From the IMG/VR virus record IMGVR_UViG_3300005611_000002, positions 32,001 to 96,000 of that record: a DNA stretch of 64,000 nucleotides; one strand, 5' to 3'. Shown piece after piece: positions 61,700 through 64,000 of the stretch. How positions within the stretch are numbered: position 1 is the first letter of the stretch; every line of letters begins with the position of its first letter. The notes beneath the pieces were generated by a model. It had not been told where the DNA came from. It was given only the letters and a program-made list of their open reading frames with translations, and searched no databases. A program made the position numbers and the translations under genes. This DNA is from a virus (Duplodnaviria > Caudoviricetes).

Positions 61700-62653
61700 T
61701 TACTTGGAGTTGCGTGCGTTGAGCGCTTCAACTAAAGCATTGACGGTGGAGTACTGGGAAACTGGTTTCTTTTCTTCCTCTTCAGTGATGATTTCATCTT
61801 CATCATCAGATACATTCTCTGTTAGGGCCTTACCTTTTTTGAAGAATGATTCCTTGAGAGTCTCAAGATTTGAAGAATAAGCTTCAAGGTCACTTACGTC
61901 AAGGTTCTCAGAAAGTGTTCTCAGTCTTTCGCGTTGAGAAACTGTAAGACCTTCGGTCATTTCTTCAAATACTTTTTCTGCTTCGAGACTAAGAACTACT
62001 TGTGAAAGCTCAATGTTCTCGTTAATCGTTTTGTTGACTTGAGCTTGCAGTTCTTCGATCTGCTCTTCAAGACCTGCAACGACGTCGATTGTTTCTTCGT
62101 CTACGTCGATGTTATGCTCAGTGAAGAGTTCTTTGAGACCTTCCATGAGAGACTCAGCCATTTCAACCTTGATACCGGTTTCTACAGCAAGTTCATTTTC
62201 TTCCATCCATTCGCCAACAACGTAGTCAAGATATGAATCAAGATTTTCTACGATCTCGTCCATTGTTTCTTCAATGGATTCTTCAAGCTGTTTTTCGAAC
62301 TCTTCTTCAAGTTCAGCAGCGATTGCCTCGGCTTTTGCAGTTGCTGCTTCATTGACTGCAGCTTCGAAAACCATAGTAACCTTTGACTTGAAGTCTTCGG
62401 AAAGATCCATACCTTCAAACATAGAAGCGATAGACTCATCAATGGAAATAACTTCCTCTTCAACAACTTCTACTTCTTCTGTTTTGGTTTGACCTGGTAC
62501 TTCGCTAGCTGAAACTTCATCAGCCTTAGGATCAGCTTTTTTATTCAGATCTGCTCTTTTCTTTTTGTGTTCTCCGCCCGCTGGTGTCACAGAGTCAGGC
62601 ACTGTAGAAACACCGTCGTCAGCAACGAACTTTTCTTCTAGATCATTTGCCAT
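61700..62653 (-). CDS. 22: Prohead core scaffold protein
   Basis: LSEDFK.K..VFEAAV; LDSYLDYVV.EWM.EN; position between gp21 and gp23. Confidence 0.93.
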   Translation of the reverse strand: MANDLEEKFVADDGVSTVPDSVTPAGGEHKKKRADLNKKADPKADEVSASEVPGQTKTEEVEVVEEEVISIDESIASMFEGMDLSEDFKSKVTMVFEAAVNEAATAKAEAIAAELEEEFEKQLEESIEETMDEIVENLDSYLDYVVGEWMEENELAVETGIKVEMAESLMEGLKELFTEHNIDVDEETIDVVAGLEEQIEELQAQVNKTINENIELSQVVLSLEAEKVFEEMTEGLTVSQRERLRTLSENLDVSDLEAYSSNLETLKESFFKKGKALTENVSDDEDEIITEEEEKKPVSQYSTVNALVEALNARNSK

Positions 62654-62703
62654 GTGTTCTTCTCCTTTATTGTGGATTTCATATTATGGTTTATTTATAA
62701 AAA

Positions 62704-63381
62704 TCATTTCCTGAGTGACTCGATGAAGATCTCGAACATTCTTGCCGCAGTGCTTTCATCAATCTTACGAACTGTTCGCTTATATTCTCTTTTCACTTCT
62801 TGAACTGCTTCTTCGATAAACTCTTGCGCTCTCCAAGTACCAGACGTGATGTCATAATAGTACTCGGTATTTTCCATGATGCCATTGACAAAGCAGTTTG
62901 GACCGCTTGGATCTGTTACTACGTCAACAGTCGCTAGATGAAAGTCATCTTGAACTTCCATGATACCTTCTTTGGTCTGTTTGACCGAGCCGAGACCACG
63001 AGTAGAAACACCAACTTTTACACCTTCATCGATGAATGTCTTGACGATCTCACCCATTGGTGTACCAAGGATTTTTGCTTTACCGATGAAATTAGAACCA
63101 TCACGCTTCATTTCAGTAATTAGGTGAGAAACACGATCACCATTGATCTGAGGACCATCAGGATGTCCAAGTTCACCCAGGGCACGCTTCGTCTGAATAA
63201 AGTCTTTGTTATAGCGATTCATTTCTTTTTCAAGAACTGCGGAAGGATAGATACGACCATTACGGTTCTTGAGATCTCCTTGCATAAAGATCCCATGAAT
63301 AAAATAATTTTTCTTACCATTTTCACTTGCTTCAGTAAGAACTTCACAATCTTCTTCAAAAACTTCAGTTATTAATTTCAT
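62704..63381 (-). CDS. 21: Prohead core protease
   Basis: MKLITE; GIFMQ...NRNGRIY; ALGELGHP; VSHLI; GVSTRGLGS; DVVTDPS. Confidence 0.96.
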   Translation of the reverse strand: MKLITEVFEEDCEVLTEASENGKKNYFIHGIFMQGDLKNRNGRIYPSAVLEKEMNRYNKDFIQTKRALGELGHPDGPQINGDRVSHLITEMKRDGSNFIGKAKILGTPMGEIVKTFIDEGVKVGVSTRGLGSVKQTKEGIMEVQDDFHLATVDVVTDPSGPNCFVNGIMENTEYYYDITSGTWRAQEFIEEAVQEVKREYKRTVRKIDESTAARMFEIFIESLRK

Positions 63382-64000
63382 TTTTATGACCTTTCCTTTT
63401 TGTGAGCATACCCTTTTTCCATCCATTATTAATATACTCATCCAGGAGATGCATTTTTATTTTTGTATTTTTTCCGTCCTTATTTACAAAAACGGTGCCT
63501 CTACTAGCTGCTCCCAATTTAGACTTTTCTTCTTCGCTTTTAATTCTTCCTTTTTGTACTTTCGAAATTTTTTCAGCAAAGCCGCCAGGTTTTTTCTTAC
63601 CTTTATTTGCGACAGATATTTTATTGGAAATTTCTTTTTTCTTTTCTTCGCTTAAATTTTCTCTGTACAAAATATTAGATTTTCTATTCTTTTCTATAGA
63701 ATTAACTGAATGTTTTCTTCCTGCATTAATTTCGCCTTGTTTTTTACTTTTCATTCTTTTTAATCTAATAGCAGTTTTTTCTCCATAAATTTCTTCGTAT
63801 GTTTTACCTTTTCTTTTGAAAGATAATGCTTTTGCAAAAGCTCGTCTACATTCATCATACTCTCTTGAAGATAGAAATCTTTTTTTACTTCGAACCATAG
63901 CGCCGAAAGCAGAAATCATTTTATAATATGCATTGGTATTTTCATCGACTATTTTTATAAGCAGTTTATGGGCTATAAAGTGTTCTCTGGCTGTCAATTT
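63365..64000 (-). mobile_element. HNH homing endonuclease, 5' end outside the window, overlapping the gp21 start
   Basis: LTAREHFIAHKLL; GKTYEEIYG; NUMOD3-like repeats; GWKKG. Confidence 0.82.

Noticed and set aside
1-64000. tRNA/rRNA genes or stop-codon reassignment
   Set aside because: No cloverleaf or T-loop signature was recognised by eye (tRNAscan-SE not run); core genes are intact in the standard code and end in all three stop codons.

Overview
A 64-kb segment of a large T4-like (Tevenvirinae-related) myovirus genome. The host is probably an alphaproteobacterium, based on a GapR homologue, a SleB-type hydrolase and GANTC sites in the early promoters. Left to right on +: sulfotransferase/glycosyltransferase genes; a late cluster of probable internal head proteins with T4-like capsid-targeting N-termini; a lysis cassette (GH19 endolysin, spanins); primase gp61; thyX; ATP-cone-nrdB; nrdA fractured by a split intein plus an HNH gene; about 35 kb of small early genes behind repeated sigma70-type promoter cassettes (including RNA ligase 1, PNK halves, DNA ligase, dNMP kinase, RNase H, PhoH, PAAR, exonuclease, GapR). 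On -: gp21-gp22-gp23. The most striking feature is a set of eight AT-rich free-standing homing endonuclease genes (HEGs). Five of them, from two unrelated nuclease families, share a ~90-bp covarying structured element bounded by two convergent late-promoter boxes, a candidate antisense-RNA control module. Several invaded host genes without an intron: they carry a recoded replacement N- or C-terminus and leave the original terminus stranded, or split the enzyme (RNA ligase) into two genes. No tRNA, rRNA or CRISPR array was recognised. All annotations come from motif recognition by eye; no database searches were run.
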